NCBI GenBank assembly: GCA_965199825.1
Contig: OZ241329.1
Span: forward strand, 2,368,001 to 2,432,000
Length of the DNA: 64,000 bases
Reading direction: 5' to 3'
DNA from: Bdellovibrionales bacterium
GTDB taxonomy: Bacteria > Bdellovibrionota > Bdellovibrionia > Bdellovibrionales > UBA1609
The position numbers and the translations under genes are program-made. Position 1 is the first letter of the stretch. Every line of letters begins with the position of its first letter. The notes under the pieces were generated by a model. The model saw only the letters and a list, made by a program, of their open reading frames with translations. It searched no databases and was not told where the DNA came from. Of the stretch, positions 28,248-38,579 are shown one piece after another.

Positions 28248-28974
28248 AGGGAAAAATATTTTTGTTACCGGCGGATCGCGCGGAATCGGTCGTGGCTTGG
28301 TGAAAGGTTTGGCAGAGCTTGGGGCTCGTGTTGGATTTTCTTATAGTTCTCAGGTGGAGCAAGCCAATGAAGTTTTGGAGTCTCTTCCGGGTGAAGATCA
28401 TTTTTGTTTACAGATGAATATTGCAGATAGTGAATCTGTTCAAAAAGGCTTTAGTCAAATTTTTGAAAAATTCGGCAGCTTGAATGGGCTTGTGAATAAT
28501 GCCGGTATGACCCGCGATCAACTTCTTTTGCGAATGAAGGAAGAGGATTTCGACCAAGTGATCACTACGAATCTCCGCGGTACATTTTTGTGTTGCAAAC
28601 ATGCGGTTAAAAATATGATTCGGTCGCGCAAAGGATCTATCGTCAATATCACAAGTGTGATTGGCTCGATGGGCAACCCGGGGCAGAGTAATTATGCAGC
28701 GAGTAAAGCGGGCGTTGAAGGCTTCTCGCGGGCTTTGGCTCTCGAAATTGGGTCACGTCAAGTGCGAGTCAACTGTGTCGCACCAGGATTTATCGTGACC
28801 GAAATGACAGAGAGCCTTGATGATCAGCAAAAAAACAGTATCTTAACAAAAGTCCCGTTGAATCGAATCGGCAAAGCCGAAGATGTTTTGGGTGCGGTGG
28901 CGTTTTTGTTGTCGGATGACGCTGACTACATCACCGGCCAAACACTTCATGTTAACGGCGGCCTTTACTTATAA
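28237..28974 (+). CDS. fabG: 3-oxoacyl-ACP reductase
   Basis: TGGSRGIG, NNAG, YAASKAG, fab operon context. Confidence 0.95.
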   Translation: MSFKGKNIFVTGGSRGIGRGLVKGLAELGARVGFSYSSQVEQANEVLESLPGEDHFCLQMNIADSESVQKGFSQIFEKFGSLNGLVNNAGMTRDQLLLRMKEEDFDQVITTNLRGTFLCCKHAVKNMIRSRKGSIVNITSVIGSMGNPGQSNYAASKAGVEGFSRALALEIGSRQVRVNCVAPGFIVTEMTESLDDQQKNSILTKVPLNRIGKAEDVLGAVAFLLSDDADYITGQTLHVNGGLYL

Positions 28975-28997
28975 ACTTTTAAACAAGAGGAGAAATC

Positions 28998-29234
28998 ATG
29001 TCCGTGCAACCTAGAGTAAAAAAAATTATTGAAGAACAACTCGGTGTCGAACCCGATCGCGTAAAACCCGAGGCTTCGTTTATTGACGACTTAGGTGCGG
29101 ACAGTCTCGACATTGTTGAGCTTGTGATGGCAATGGAAGAAGAATTCGATATCGAAATTCCAGACGAAGAAGCCGAAAAATTAAAAACAGTTCAGGATGT
29201 AATGAAGTATCTTGAGAGCAAAGGGAAAGCTTAA
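28998..29234 (+). CDS. acpP: Acyl carrier protein
   Basis: [20 protein letters not shown]. Confidence 0.97.
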   Translation: MSVQPRVKKIIEEQLGVEPDRVKPEASFIDDLGADSLDIVELVMAMEEEFDIEIPDEEAEKLKTVQDVMKYLESKGKA

Positions 29235-29242
29235 AATCCTTT

Positions 29243-30502
29243 ATGGGAGTCTACACCCGTAAGGCCATAGAAAATCGGCGCGTGGTGGTGACAGGCATGG
29301 GATGTCTCTCACCTCTCGGTCATAATGTGACCGACACGTGGAATGGATTGATCAATGGGCGATCAGGAATAGATCGCATCACCCTTTTTGATACCAAGGA
29401 TTTTGATACCCAATTTGCTGGTGAAGTTAAAAATTTTAATCCCGATTTGTATGTGGCCAAAAAAGAGCAAAAAAAAATGGATCGTTTTGTCCAGTTTGCA
29501 TTGGCCTCTGCAAAAATGGCGATCGAAGATTCAGGATTTGATCAACTGCCCGCTCATCGCACCGGAGTGATCGTTGGTGTAGGAATTGGCGGATTGCCGC
29601 TGATCGAAAAAAATCGCGACATCTTGAGCGAGAGAGGTCCTTCAAGAATTTCGCCTTTTTTTATTCCTGCGGTGATTACCAATTTAGCCTCTGGCCAAAT
29701 CAGTATTGAACATAAAATTAAAGGCCCCAATTTTTCGGTGACCAGTGCGTGCGCCACAGGAGCACATTCGATTGGCGAAGCGGCTCATTATATTCGTCGC
29801 GGCCAAATGGATGTGATGATTGCCGGTGGTTCTGAAGCGACCATTTGTCCTTTGGCGGTTGCCGGATTCAATTCCATGAAGGCACTTTCGACCAGAAACG
29901 AATCGCCCGCTCAAGCTTCAAGACCTTGGGATCGTGACCGCGATGGATTTGTTTTGAGTGAAGGTTCGGCCACTTTGGTTTTAGAAGACTATGAACATGC
30001 GGCCAGGCGCGGAGCACGCATTTATGCCGAGCTTACGGGCTACGGCGTTTCGAGCGATGCCTTTCACATGACTGGTCCCTCTGCGGATGGTGAAGGTGCA
30101 GCTCTTGCAATGGCGATGGCGCTTCAAGAGGCTTCACTTTCCAAGGAAGAGATTGGCTATATCAACGCCCACGGCACCAGTACTCCTTTAGGCGATGAAA
30201 TTGAGACCGCAGCGATAAAAAGAGTATTTGGAGCGCATTCAAAAAAACTACTGGTGAGTTCGACAAAGAGCATGACAGGGCACACCTTGGGAGCTGCCGG
30301 AGCGCTTGAAAGTGTATTTTGTATTCAGGCTTTATTAAATGGATTGGTTCCCCCGACCATTAACCTCGAAAATCCAAGCAGTGATTGTGATTTGGATTAT
30401 GTTCCGTTAAAAGCTCGAGAGACGAAGCTTAAATCTGTTTTGAATAACAGTTTTGGTTTTGGCGGAACGAACTCATGCCTTATATTTTCTAAACTGGATT
30501 AA
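29243..30502 (+). CDS. fabF: 3-oxoacyl-ACP synthase II
   Basis: SACATG, NAHGTST, KSMTGH, NSFGFGGTN. Confidence 0.95.
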   Translation: MGVYTRKAIENRRVVVTGMGCLSPLGHNVTDTWNGLINGRSGIDRITLFDTKDFDTQFAGEVKNFNPDLYVAKKEQKKMDRFVQFALASAKMAIEDSGFDQLPAHRTGVIVGVGIGGLPLIEKNRDILSERGPSRISPFFIPAVITNLASGQISIEHKIKGPNFSVTSACATGAHSIGEAAHYIRRGQMDVMIAGGSEATICPLAVAGFNSMKALSTRNESPAQASRPWDRDRDGFVLSEGSATLVLEDYEHAARRGARIYAELTGYGVSSDAFHMTGPSADGEGAALAMAMALQEASLSKEEIGYINAHGTSTPLGDEIETAAIKRVFGAHSKKLLVSSTKSMTGHTLGAAGALESVFCIQALLNGLVPPTINLENPSSDCDLDYVPLKARETKLKSVLNNSFGFGGTNSCLIFSKLD

Positions 30503-30505
30503 TTT

Positions 30506-30940
30506 ATGGTCTATATGGCGGCCGATCACGCGGGTTTTGAACTCAAACAAAACTTGGTTCAAAGCCTATCATTTGAGATAAAAGATCTTGGGACCTCAAG
30601 TCCCGCTTCAGTCGATTACCCCGATTACGCAGATCGAATGGCCAAGGCGATAAAGTCGGATTTAGAAAGTAAAGGCGTTTTGATTTGTGGTTCGGGACAA
30701 GGAATGGCCATACGAGCAAATCGCTTTCCATTTATTAGAGCGGCTTTGTGTTTTGATGAACAACAAGCCTCTTTAAGCCGCGAGCACAATGATGCAAATG
30801 TTTTATGTTTAGCTGCGCGACTCATCACGTTCGAGCAGGCTAAAAAAATTATCGATGCGTTTTTGAATACTGAATTTGCACACGGGCGGCACGAAGCACG
30901 AGTAAACAAATTAAATTTTCCCATTAAAGGCGAATCATGA
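30506..30940 (+). CDS. rpiB: Ribose-5-phosphate isomerase B
   Basis: ADHAG, DYPD, ICGSGQG, HNDANVL, GRH. Confidence 0.93.
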   Translation: MVYMAADHAGFELKQNLVQSLSFEIKDLGTSSPASVDYPDYADRMAKAIKSDLESKGVLICGSGQGMAIRANRFPFIRAALCFDEQQASLSREHNDANVLCLAARLITFEQAKKIIDAFLNTEFAHGRHEARVNKLNFPIKGES

Positions 30941-32169
30941 CAGAAACACACGACCCCGAACTTTTTGGATTTTTACAAAAAGAAACTCAGCGCCAAGAGT
31001 ACGGCCTAGAAATGATCGCTTCAGAAAACTATGCCTCAAAGGCTGTGATGGCTGCCCAAGGCACAATTCTCACAAACAAATACGCCGAGGGTTATCCGGG
31101 CAAGCGCTATTATGGCGGTTGCGAATTTGTGGATCAAATCGAAACGCTTGCAATTGAGAGATTAAAAAAATTGTTCAATGTTGGCTTTGCCAATGTGCAG
31201 CCGCATTCGGGCTCGGGCGCAAATATGGCAATTTATCTCGCTTTTTTAAAGGCGGGCGAAAAAGTTTTGGGAATGGACCTCTCCCACGGCGGCCACTTGA
31301 CCCATGGATCACCAGTTAATTTTAGCGGCATTCTTTATGAAGCATCTGCCTATGGAATTGATCCCGAGACTGAGCGTCTCGACTATGATCAAATCCGAGA
31401 GATTGCAAAAAAAAATCAACCCAAAATGATCATTGCCGGCTACAGCGCTTATCCACGCACCCTCGACTTTGAAGCTTTCAGTAGCATTGCCAAAGAAGTG
31501 AATGCTTTATTACTTGTTGATATGGCCCATTTTGCGGGGCTTGTGGCTGGTGGTGTTCACCCCTCGCCTGTTGGATTTGCAGATGTGATTACAACGACCA
31601 CACACAAAACCTTGCGGGGTCCACGTGGTGGAGCGATCATGACGTCGTCTGAAGCCATGGCCAAAAAGATAAATTCAAAAATTTTTCCAGGCATTCAAGG
31701 TGGACCTCTTGAGCATGTGATTGCGGCGAAGGCTGTGGCTTTTCGCGAAGCCCTTGATCCAAAATTTAAAATCTATGCCCAACAAATTGTTAACAACGCA
31801 AAAAGCCTGGCCGAAACTTTGATGAGCGAGGGTTTAAAGCTGGTGTCCAACGGCACCGACAACCATTTGGTTTTGATCGACTTAAGCGATCTCGAAATTA
31901 CGGGTAAAGACCTAGAGGATGCTCTGGAGCACGCAGGAATCACGGTAAACAAAAATACTGTACCCAAAGAAAAACGCTCGCCCTTTGTTACCAGCGGCGT
32001 TCGTATCGGAACACCGGCACTGACCACCCGCGGTATGAAAGAGTTAGAAATGAAAACTATCGCTGAGTGGATTGCCAAAGTGGTGCGCCATTCAAAAGAT
32101 CAAAATGTACTCCAAAAAATTAAAAGAGATGTGCGTGAGTTGTGCGAGCAATTTCCTATTTATCAATAA
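30937..32169 (+). CDS. glyA: Serine hydroxymethyltransferase
   Basis: [26 protein letters not shown]. Confidence 0.97.
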   Translation: MTETHDPELFGFLQKETQRQEYGLEMIASENYASKAVMAAQGTILTNKYAEGYPGKRYYGGCEFVDQIETLAIERLKKLFNVGFANVQPHSGSGANMAIYLAFLKAGEKVLGMDLSHGGHLTHGSPVNFSGILYEASAYGIDPETERLDYDQIREIAKKNQPKMIIAGYSAYPRTLDFEAFSSIAKEVNALLLVDMAHFAGLVAGGVHPSPVGFADVITTTTHKTLRGPRGGAIMTSSEAMAKKINSKIFPGIQGGPLEHVIAAKAVAFREALDPKFKIYAQQIVNNAKSLAETLMSEGLKLVSNGTDNHLVLIDLSDLEITGKDLEDALEHAGITVNKNTVPKEKRSPFVTSGVRIGTPALTTRGMKELEMKTIAEWIAKVVRHSKDQNVLQKIKRDVRELCEQFPIYQ

Positions 32170-32633
32170 TCTTTTTTATCGGTTGCGCGAGTAAGATTCA
32201 GCAGCCTCTCCCTCCACCGCCACCACCTGTAAAATCGGAGAGTGGCTTTCGGATAATCTGGCCCGTGGAACATTTCCGAATGACTCGCGGATTTGATGTG
32301 AGCAAAAAGCGCCCTCACCTCGGCCTTGATTTAGCGGGCGCAAAAAATTCGCCAATTTATGCGGCTCACGAAGGCACGGTTCTTTATGCAGGAAAAGGCT
32401 ATAAAGGGTACGGCAAGGTCGTGATTCTTGAGGGCCCAAATTCTTTTGCCACTATCTATGGTCATATGACTCGCTTTCAAGTTCGTGCTGGGCAAAAGTT
32501 AAAACAAGGACAAATCATTGGCGCAATGGGACGTACGGGACATGCAACCGGAGTTCATCTGCACTTTGAATTGCTTCGTGAAAAGACTCCGGTCGATCCA
32601 CTCTTATTTCTTGATCAATCAAAACTTTATTGA
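32142..32633 (+). CDS. M23 family peptidase lipoprotein
   Basis: Lipobox FIGC; HLGLD and HLHFE zinc motifs. Confidence 0.85.
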   Translation: MRAISYLSIIFFIGCASKIQQPLPPPPPPVKSESGFRIIWPVEHFRMTRGFDVSKKRPHLGLDLAGAKNSPIYAAHEGTVLYAGKGYKGYGKVVILEGPNSFATIYGHMTRFQVRAGQKLKQGQIIGAMGRTGHATGVHLHFELLREKTPVDPLLFLDQSKLY

Positions 32634-32651
32634 TCTAAACTTTGACCTATT

Positions 32652-33854
32652 ATGGCAAAAAAAAATAAGACCCCTGATCTGTTTGACGACGAAATCATCG
32701 AAACCCCCACCGACTTTGCACGCCTCTTAAACCAATCCTCGGCAATCAAAAAGCTTTCGGTTGGTGATTTGATTCGTGGAGAAATTTTATCGATGGGCAA
32801 AGAAGCCGCATTTATTTCCACCCAAACTCCGGTTGATGGAATTTTACCGATTGCAGATTTGATCGATAGCAAAAAACAAAATCAGTTTAAAGTCGGCGAC
32901 ATTATCGAGGCTCGAGTCATTCGTATCCGCGAAGGCGAGATTTTTTTAAAAAAATTAGGTTCAACTCAAGGGTCTGAAGATGTTGAAAGTCTCGAAGACG
33001 CGTTTGATATGGAACTTGCGGTGGAAGGAAAAGTCACCGAGGCCAACAAGGGCGGCTTTAAAGTTTTGCTTTTTGGTAAATCGGCATTTTGTCCAATGAG
33101 CCAAATGGATTCAAAACGGATTGATGATGTCGATCAGTATGTAGGCAAAAAGTTTTCATTTCAGATCACAAAGTTTGAGGCCAATGGACGAAACATTGTG
33201 GTCTCGCGCCGAAAGCTTTTAGATCAAGAACGTCAAGTTCATGAACAAGAGTTTATTGAAACCAAAATGCCTGGTGATATCTTGCGTGGCAAAATCAGTC
33301 GTCTTGAGCGCTTTGGAGCCTTTGTTGAATTTGAACATGGCGTTGAGGCTCTCATCCCAATTTCTGAATTGTCCTACAGCAGGGTCAATCATCCCCAAGA
33401 TGTTGTGCAAGTCGGCCAAGAGGTCGACGTTGCGCTCCTTAAAATTTCTGAAGACGAAAAAGGTTTGCGGATCGCAGTCTCTCTCAAAGGTGCCGGTGGC
33501 GAGAGCGACCCCTGGTCTCGTATCACCACTGACTATCCTGTTGGCAAAGTCGTCACGGGCGAGGTGGAGCGCAAAGAGGCTTATGGTTTGTTTGTGCGGA
33601 TTAGTCCTTATTTCACCGGTCTTTTGCCGCGTTCGAAATGGCGCGATCATTTAGAGGGTGCAAAATATGAAAGCCGTAAAAAAGGCGATTTGATCCAAGT
33701 CCAAATTGCCGAAATTTTGCTCGAGCAACACAAAATTAGTTTATCAGTACCTGATGATCAAGCCGATGAAAATTGGGTTCAGCATCAAAAAACCAATACG
33801 GTTGCCCAAGGCTTTGGGCAACTCAGTGATCTTTTAAAAAAATCTAAATTATAA
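32652..33854 (+). CDS. S1 RNA-binding repeat protein (short RpsA paralog)
   Basis: About four S1 repeats (NKGGF..AFCP.SQ, FGAFVE...LIPISELS, YGLFV); 400 aa. Confidence 0.8.
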   Translation: MAKKNKTPDLFDDEIIETPTDFARLLNQSSAIKKLSVGDLIRGEILSMGKEAAFISTQTPVDGILPIADLIDSKKQNQFKVGDIIEARVIRIREGEIFLKKLGSTQGSEDVESLEDAFDMELAVEGKVTEANKGGFKVLLFGKSAFCPMSQMDSKRIDDVDQYVGKKFSFQITKFEANGRNIVVSRRKLLDQERQVHEQEFIETKMPGDILRGKISRLERFGAFVEFEHGVEALIPISELSYSRVNHPQDVVQVGQEVDVALLKISEDEKGLRIAVSLKGAGGESDPWSRITTDYPVGKVVTGEVERKEAYGLFVRISPYFTGLLPRSKWRDHLEGAKYESRKKGDLIQVQIAEILLEQHKISLSVPDDQADENWVQHQKTNTVAQGFGQLSDLLKKSKL

Positions 33855-36440
33855 TTGGCTTGAGACCTGATCTAAAATCTGCTGGGCGGTCAGTAAAGGC
33901 TTCCCGACTCCCTGGGCAAAGGTGGGCTTTCCCCCACCGCGGCCATCGAGTGATTTCATCAATTCCACCAAAATTTTATTGGCAGGAATTTGGGCACTTG
34001 GACTGTTGATCATCACTCCCAATTTATCCTGATCGGTAAAAATCAAAACACTCAAATCCGATTTTTCTTTTGCATGATGCTCATCAAGCAGTGTTCGGAG
34101 TTCTGCAGTTTCGCCAGAAGCCTCGATCAATAAGATAGATTTACCCGATTTGGTTTTTTGAGTTTTTTGTGATTGGATTTTGGCTTGAGCTTTGAGTTCT
34201 GGCGCCGATTTTTTTTCTTTTAGTTTTAAAATACTCTCTAATAGCTGCTGTGGCTTAGTATTCAAACTCACACAAGCTTCATGCAATGCCTCATTGCGCT
34301 CTTGCACAAATTGGATCGCCGCTTGGGCCGCCACTCCCTCAATGCGCCGTATTCCTTTGGCCACACTCGATTCGCTCAAAACAAAAAAGGCACCGATATC
34401 CCCTGTGGCATGAACGTGAGTGCCACCACAAAGTTCAAGCGATTTGTCGCCAAACGAAATCACCCGCACGGTATTTTCATATTTTTCTTCAAACATCGCG
34501 ATGGCACCCTCGGCAATGGCCGCTTTGATTTCCATTTCGCGAGTGTGCGAGGTGTAGTTGTCACGAATCCAATGATTGACCAAGCGTTCAATTTCTCGCA
34601 GTTGATCCGGCGTGACCGCAGAGTCATTTTGAAAATCAAAACGTAATCTGTCGCTTGTGACCATCGAGCCTTTTTGCACCGCCTGTGGACCCACAATTTT
34701 GCGCAAAGCCGCATGCAAAAGATGAGTCGCCGAGTGATGAGCGCGAATCTGAAGGCGGCGTTCGGCATTCACTACCAAATCGATTTTATCATTATTATGA
34801 AGGGTTCCGTTTTTGACCTGAACGTGATGAAAAAATCTTTTTTCACGCTTCAACACATCAAGCACTTCAAGCTCTGCAGTTTTAGAACGAATGACTCCAT
34901 GATCCCCCACTTGTCCGCCCGACTCGGCATAAAAAGGAGTGTTGGTGCAAACAAGATAGCCCTCTTCCCCTTTTTCAAGTTTGTCGGCGGTTGCGCCATC
35001 TTTAAAAAGGGCCATCACCTGAGAGGAAGACTCCAAAGCGTCATAGCCCTTAAAGTGGGTGGGTAAAAAATCTTTCATATGTTCATCAAAAACCGTAACG
35101 TCTGTTTTTGATTTCGCTTGCGGACCTGTTTTAATTTGTCGCGAGACATTGCGATGCTCATCAAAACGGGATTGAAAGCCTTCGTCGTCGATCAATACAT
35201 TTTTTTCTTTGGCTGCTTCTTTGATCAAATCAAAAGGCACGCCATACGTTGCAACCAAATCAAATATAAAATCTGAGGGAACTTTTTGATTCGATTTCAA
35301 AGTTGCGATTTTATCTTCGAGCATTTTTTTGCCTCGACTAATCAGGGGCTCATAATCTCGGACTTCGTTTTGAACCGCGGTCAAAACCCGGTCCAAATTT
35401 TTTGCCAAATGCGGATATGCTTTTTGATGATTTTTAACAATCAACTCGATCATCGATGAAAAATCGGTGGAGGGTGTATCTGCGCGTAAACCAAGAGTGA
35501 GACATTTGCGAAGCAACTTTCGCGGAATATAGCCACGGCCCTCATTCGACAATTTGACATTTTCGGCAAGGATAAATGTGGCCGCACGGAGATGGTCAGT
35601 CAAAATTCGATATTGCTCGACACCAAAGGACTTTGATCCAAATTGGTCTTGAGCCAAATTCATAATTGGATTGAGCGCGGCAATTTCATAAACAGATTTA
35701 AAACCGTTCATCACAAATTCCATACGTTCAAGCCCCGAGCCCGTATCCACACTTTTGAGTGGCAGTGGTAAAAAGCTGCCATCGGCATTTTTATTAAATT
35801 CCATAAAGACGCCGGCATTCCAAATTTCGATGTATCTGCCTTTAGAATCGAATTCTTTGCCTGGCTTATAAGCTTCGCCAAAGTTTTCTCCGGTATCGAA
35901 AAAAACTTCGGTGCATGGACCACATGGACCCGTATCGCCCGCAGGCCCCCAAAAATTGTCTGCACCTAAGACCACAATGTGATCATCTGGAACACCTACA
36001 CTTTTCCATGCGGTGATCGACTCTTTATCCGCCGCAAGCTTCAACTCCGAATCCCCGCCGTAGGCCGAAAAATAAAGTTTTTCTTTTGGAAATTTAAGAT
36101 GGTTCACCAGGAGATCATAAGCAAGCTCAGCCGCTTTTTGTTTATAGTAATCACCAATCGACCAACTGCCGAGCATTTCAAACATCGTCATATGATGACG
36201 ATCTCCAACATCATCAATATCGATGGTGCGAATACACGGCTGATAATTCACAAGACGTTTATTTGGTGGTTGCTCGAGCCCCAAAAAATATTTTTTTAAC
36301 GGCGCCATTCCAGAATTTATATACAAAAGCGTCGGGTCGTTTTTGGGAACAAGCGGAGCCCCAGGAATTACCAAATGATCTTTGGATTCAAAAAACTCCA
36401 AAAACCGAGAACGAATCTCTTCCCCATTCAATTTTTCCAT
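33849..36440 (-). CDS. alaS: Alanine--tRNA ligase (divergent)
   Basis: DPTLLYINSGM, FEMLG, GPCGPCTE, DTGSGLER, FYAESGGQVGD, editing HSATHLLH and CGGTH, C-terminal GGGKPTFAQG; AAGGAGG SD. Confidence 0.93.
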   Translation of the reverse strand: MEKLNGEEIRSRFLEFFESKDHLVIPGAPLVPKNDPTLLYINSGMAPLKKYFLGLEQPPNKRLVNYQPCIRTIDIDDVGDRHHMTMFEMLGSWSIGDYYKQKAAELAYDLLVNHLKFPKEKLYFSAYGGDSELKLAADKESITAWKSVGVPDDHIVVLGADNFWGPAGDTGPCGPCTEVFFDTGENFGEAYKPGKEFDSKGRYIEIWNAGVFMEFNKNADGSFLPLPLKSVDTGSGLERMEFVMNGFKSVYEIAALNPIMNLAQDQFGSKSFGVEQYRILTDHLRAATFILAENVKLSNEGRGYIPRKLLRKCLTLGLRADTPSTDFSSMIELIVKNHQKAYPHLAKNLDRVLTAVQNEVRDYEPLISRGKKMLEDKIATLKSNQKVPSDFIFDLVATYGVPFDLIKEAAKEKNVLIDDEGFQSRFDEHRNVSRQIKTGPQAKSKTDVTVFDEHMKDFLPTHFKGYDALESSSQVMALFKDGATADKLEKGEEGYLVCTNTPFYAESGGQVGDHGVIRSKTAELEVLDVLKREKRFFHHVQVKNGTLHNNDKIDLVVNAERRLQIRAHHSATHLLHAALRKIVGPQAVQKGSMVTSDRLRFDFQNDSAVTPDQLREIERLVNHWIRDNYTSHTREMEIKAAIAEGAIAMFEEKYENTVRVISFGDKSLELCGGTHVHATGDIGAFFVLSESSVAKGIRRIEGVAAQAAIQFVQERNEALHEACVSLNTKPQQLLESILKLKEKKSAPELKAQAKIQSQKTQKTKSGKSILLIEASGETAELRTLLDEHHAKEKSDLSVLIFTDQDKLGVMINSPSAQIPANKILVELMKSLDGRGGGKPTFAQGVGKPLLTAQQILDQVSSQL

Positions 36441-36722
36441 ATGGTCCTCCTTGTTTCTCTTTATCCTGATTTCTTAGGTTTGGGCATTGAAAAATTATGT
36501 TACTCGAACTTTTAGCGATTTGTACCTTCGTTCGCTCTCCCACCGAAGAATTATGTAACGAAGCCCAAAGATGATCAAAATAGCGCGTCCACAATTTTGG
36601 GGATTTGGTTCCGGTCAATTATTGGGACTTATGAATTGGACATGATTTTGTACCATCGTTCACATGATGGATTTTGAGCGGAAGCGGTTGTGGATCTAAA
36701 AGACGCCGCCCAAAAAATTAAA

Positions 36723-37529
36723 TCAGTTGCTCCATAACGGAGCTCGATCACCCTTGGGACCCAGAATCAAATAATCCCAAACCGGCCAAATTGGCAGCAT
36801 CTCGCCAGAATCCAACTTCATTTGCAAAAGAGATTTGATCTGTGGTGATGCAGAGTAAGTTGGCAACAGCGACAGGCGAGTGAGATCGCTTTTATGAAAA
36901 ACTGCGTTTGCTGCAACCAATGCATTCATAAGAGGATCCACCTCTTCATTGAGGGGCTGAGCTGTGAATGTGGTGACTATTTTTTTGTTTGGCAAAAGCG
37001 CATGGATAAACTGACTAAAAGCTCGCCAAGGCGGTTCAGTTTTTTGCTGATACATTGTATTGTCGTAGTGGATTGACCACGCGTGGTTGCTGCCCACATG
37101 AATCACCGCTCGATTGGATTTCGCAATACAGTTTGTAGCATTTAATGCCATCATGGGCTCACGATCGTAAAACATGTCAGCACGATCAATCATACTTTGG
37201 AGATCCATGCGGAATGCCCGCTTGATCGCATCAATAAGAATCCGCGGCATCTTGGCAAAGGTTGCCTGCCGCACCGATTTATCTGGCGAACTTTTAGCAT
37301 CAAGACCACACATCACAACTTTGGGATGAAGCAATTTTTGATTGCGTAGAAATCTAAAAAACTCTTTATTCAAATCATCTTTTAGCCAAACATATTTTGT
37401 TGCATCCATATCGGCAAAAAAGCTTGCCTCTGCCGGGCTGCCAGGAATTTCTGAGTCATCTGTGATAAATTTTTGAAACGGCGTTTCGAGTTCTTCAAGA
37501 ACATACTCAGTGGTGAATCCATCAATCAA
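36723..37529 (-). CDS. Hypothetical protein, possibly 5'-truncated
   Basis: 268-aa ORF with TTG start and no clear SD; no family recognised. Confidence 0.5.
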   Translation of the reverse strand: MIDGFTTEYVLEELETPFQKFITDDSEIPGSPAEASFFADMDATKYVWLKDDLNKEFFRFLRNQKLLHPKVVMCGLDAKSSPDKSVRQATFAKMPRILIDAIKRAFRMDLQSMIDRADMFYDREPMMALNATNCIAKSNRAVIHVGSNHAWSIHYDNTMYQQKTEPPWRAFSQFIHALLPNKKIVTTFTAQPLNEEVDPLMNALVAANAVFHKSDLTRLSLLPTYSASPQIKSLLQMKLDSGEMLPIWPVWDYLILGPKGDRAPLWSN

Positions 37530-37848
37530 ATTAAGGCCAAAATAGGCTCAACACCGTCAAAGTTTTTGCCACCCTACGTACACTCAAACAATTTTTGTTC
37601 ATAAGCCATTAAGCAATGCACGATCTAAACCAAAATGCAGAGGGCATGAGTGTTTTTTGAAAGCAAAAGGAAGGGCCGATTTAAACACGGATTCTTGCAA
37701 ATTTCTTTAAGCCACATTCTTCGCTGAAACTCAATGGAACGAAGAAGTCTTTCGTAAAAGAAGGATTATGTAACACTTAAATCAACCATCCAAAATTGAT
37801 CACGCCGAATACGATACCTTCTTTCACATTAGAAATTTGGGGTAAAAA

Positions 37849-37925
37849 TGGTGGGCTCTACAGAACTCGAATCTGCGACCTCTTCCATGTCAAGGAAGCG
37901 CTCTAACCAACTGAGCTAAGAGCCC
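37849..37925 (-). tRNA. tRNA-Val (GAC)
   Basis: GGGCTCTTAGCTCAGTTGGTTAGAGCGCTTCCTTGACATGGAAGAGGTCGCAGATTCGAGTTCTGTAGAGCCCACCA; cloverleaf, anticodon GAC, encoded CCA. Confidence 0.97.
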
Positions 37926-38557
37926 ACATGATGGGAAGCTGCAATAGCTATATGGCTCAGTGAGGGCGAGTCAAGCTTCCACCGATCACCTGCGTTTAAA
38001 ATCCACCGATCAAAAACCTGTTTGAGTGTGCAGGCGACGGCGTGATTCTTCATCGAATCCATTTTTTGCTGTTGCACCCCGCAGCTTCGAATATTGCCGA
38101 AGTCTTCAAGGTCATTGTGCACGTTGATCGAAAGACCGTGGCTGGTGACACCAGAACGAATTCTTAGCCCAAAGAATGCAACCTTTCCTTTGAGAGTAAA
38201 AAGGCCGGGCTCCTCACCCGAGGTCAAAGTGGAAATGCCAAAATCTTTTAAAGTCGATTGTGTGATCAAAATCATGTTGTGAACAAATTCGCGCGGGCCA
38301 ATTTTAAGTTGGTAAAGATCAAATAATGGATAGATCACCAACTGACCGGGGTGATGCAAAGTGGCCTCGCCCCCTCGATCGACACGAACAATTTGATAGC
38401 GAGGCAAAGGTTGAATCAAATCTTGGAGATCATTGCTCCGACGGCCCAGTGTGATGACCGGCTCAAATTCAAAACCTAAGATCGCCGGAATTGGGCTTTG
38501 ATCTTGAACTTTTAAACCAAAAGAATACTCACACCGACCAAAATACTTTGTGTGCAT
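37916..38557 (-). CDS. lipB: Lipoyl(octanoyl) transferase
   Basis: PVITLGR, DRGGEATLHHPGQLVIYP, KVAFFG, HGLSINV, CG; ATG 38557 preferred to TTG 38593. Confidence 0.88.
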   Translation of the reverse strand: MHTKYFGRCEYSFGLKVQDQSPIPAILGFEFEPVITLGRRSNDLQDLIQPLPRYQIVRVDRGGEATLHHPGQLVIYPLFDLYQLKIGPREFVHNMILITQSTLKDFGISTLTSGEEPGLFTLKGKVAFFGLRIRSGVTSHGLSINVHNDLEDFGNIRSCGVQQQKMDSMKNHAVACTLKQVFDRWILNAGDRWKLDSPSLSHIAIAASHHVGS

Positions 38558-38579
38558 GGCCCCAGAAATACTCTTAAAC

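Noticed and set aside
36502..36508. Duplicated tRNA-Val T-arm (att site)
   Set aside because: Only 7 bp (ACTCGAA) match; no integrase adjacent
36441..36722. T-box riboswitch in the alaS leader
   Set aside because: No UGGNACC antiterminator bulge or terminator found
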